This document shows positions 63,901-64,000 of a stretch of DNA of 64,000 bases, in pieces. Position 1 is the first letter of the stretch. Each line of letters opens with the position of its first letter. The stretch comes from an uncultured Acidobacteriota bacterium (lineage in GTDB: Bacteria; Acidobacteriota; JAQAZP01), in contig CAWIIB010000001.1 in NCBI GenBank assembly GCA_963836075.1, positions 1,248,001 to 1,312,000 on the forward strand. Direction: 5' to 3'. The translations under genes and the position numbers were made by a program. The notes under the pieces were generated by a model, which saw only the letters and a program-made list of their open reading frames with translations, did not search any database and had not been told where the DNA came from.

Positions 63901-64000
63901 ACAGGCGCCAGGTGCCCATGGGGTCACTGCGCAGGCTGCGAAAGATCACCCGCTCGCCGTCCGGCATCCAGCCGATCATTTCGTCCGGCCCGCCATGCCA
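60983..64000 (-). CDS. Tricorn protease homolog (S41), 5' end beyond the window
   Basis: WKRYRGG, propeller repeats, PDZ region, GYIHLPDM, RWNGGG, GSDGDIFP, RSWGGVVG, ENHGVDPD. Confidence 0.94.
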   Translation of the reverse strand, partial: WHGGPDEMIGWMPDGERVIFRSLRSDPMGTWRLFTVDLRGGDAEELPLGWAARLDVDRDSGAWAFNRRSRDTRNWKRYRGGTATDIWAGDPEKGDFTRLTDFGGMDAFPMWHGGRIYFASDQGGTVNIWSMAADGSDRKRHTGFDTWDIRWPAMGPDGRIAFCHAADIHLFDPDRGKEAKVEITLPSDRVLTRVRYPDPARSMDWFSLNPEGDRLAVVARGEIFSVPVEDGVTLPVTRGSGAREREATFDPAGERIIYTSDEAGDDEFRVIDAWGRGEPEVIKPVAGKSAWHYAPAWSPDGKLVAFSSSDLGLYTMPAEGGDPTEVARSSNYAIREYVWSPDGRWLAYSMTLPSEYTSIYIYDTVEKKTHQVTGDWSDDSSPAWDPDGRYLYYTSSRAVNPFLGQFDWNNVEQKNDKLYMVLLREDVENPLVDTAGLPPEEEPDEAGDDAGEEGDDEADKETGDDSEDKDDEAPAPVKIDTAGLMARTVELPVDRGNYTGLGATGSHLFYVTVPQRGMAEQPGLFQEEGPTASLHTFDLKKKEAKPFVEGISGYTIAAKGTKIAVLKGPGELFVTGTAAPPGPALAESKVDLSGMVIQMDPREEWAQMYYEAWRRMRDFYWDEKMSGLDWEAIRDQYASLLPRLATRGDLSDLIGQMFGELNTSHTYVFGGDMGVRPTRVSTGLLGADLTREGEAFKVAKIYRGSAPDRVRSPLDRPGVAIAEGDYILAVNRVPFDGRRPIHAWLENMAGRSTLLTVNDTPDMDGSHEVLVTPMGSEADLRYSHWVRGNREYVAEKTGGKVGYIHLPDMWTDGLVEFNTWFYPQLGLEGMVVDTRWNGGGAVSQMILERLRRPLLSYSRIRGGGIGTYPDRVLNGPFVVLMNQFNGSDGDIFPKAVQLNELAPVIGMRSWGGVVGIYGARSLVDGGLVTNPQSAWWDPRDGWELENHGVDPDIEVENLPQDLARGVDAQLDRGIEEVLRLHREQPPLKPDFGDIRDRSRRAFKDE

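Overview
GC-rich bacterial chromosome segment, probably an uncultured Acidobacteriota-like anaerobe (inferred from gene style). It is mostly housekeeping and catabolic genes: tkt, tnaA, gdhA, ETF/acyl-CoA dehydrogenase/Fe-S oxidoreductase, peptidases C69/S9/S41, RNase D, an SbcD/SbcC-like pair, a foldase, two radical SAM enzymes and NifU. Secreted proteins include two FG-GAP proteins, a pentaheme cytochrome c, and a very large secreted protein in an AT-richer island (~24.1-31.9 kb). The standout is an operon coupling a membrane-anchored peptidoglycan amidase to a MamK-type (not MreB-type) actin and a TPR protein, with no magnetosome genes in the window. Other leads: a C-terminal domain apparently shared by unrelated secreted proteins, attenuator-like leaders before the foldase and nifU genes, a (CTGC)n repeat before the island gene, REP-like palindromes, a receiver/PEP-synthase-like protein divergent from gdhA, and an unannotated 53-aa membrane protein. 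Five apparent small frameshifts suggest assembly indel errors. No rRNA, tRNA, CRISPR array or intact transposase was seen. All family assignments come from motif recognition by eye; no database searches were run.
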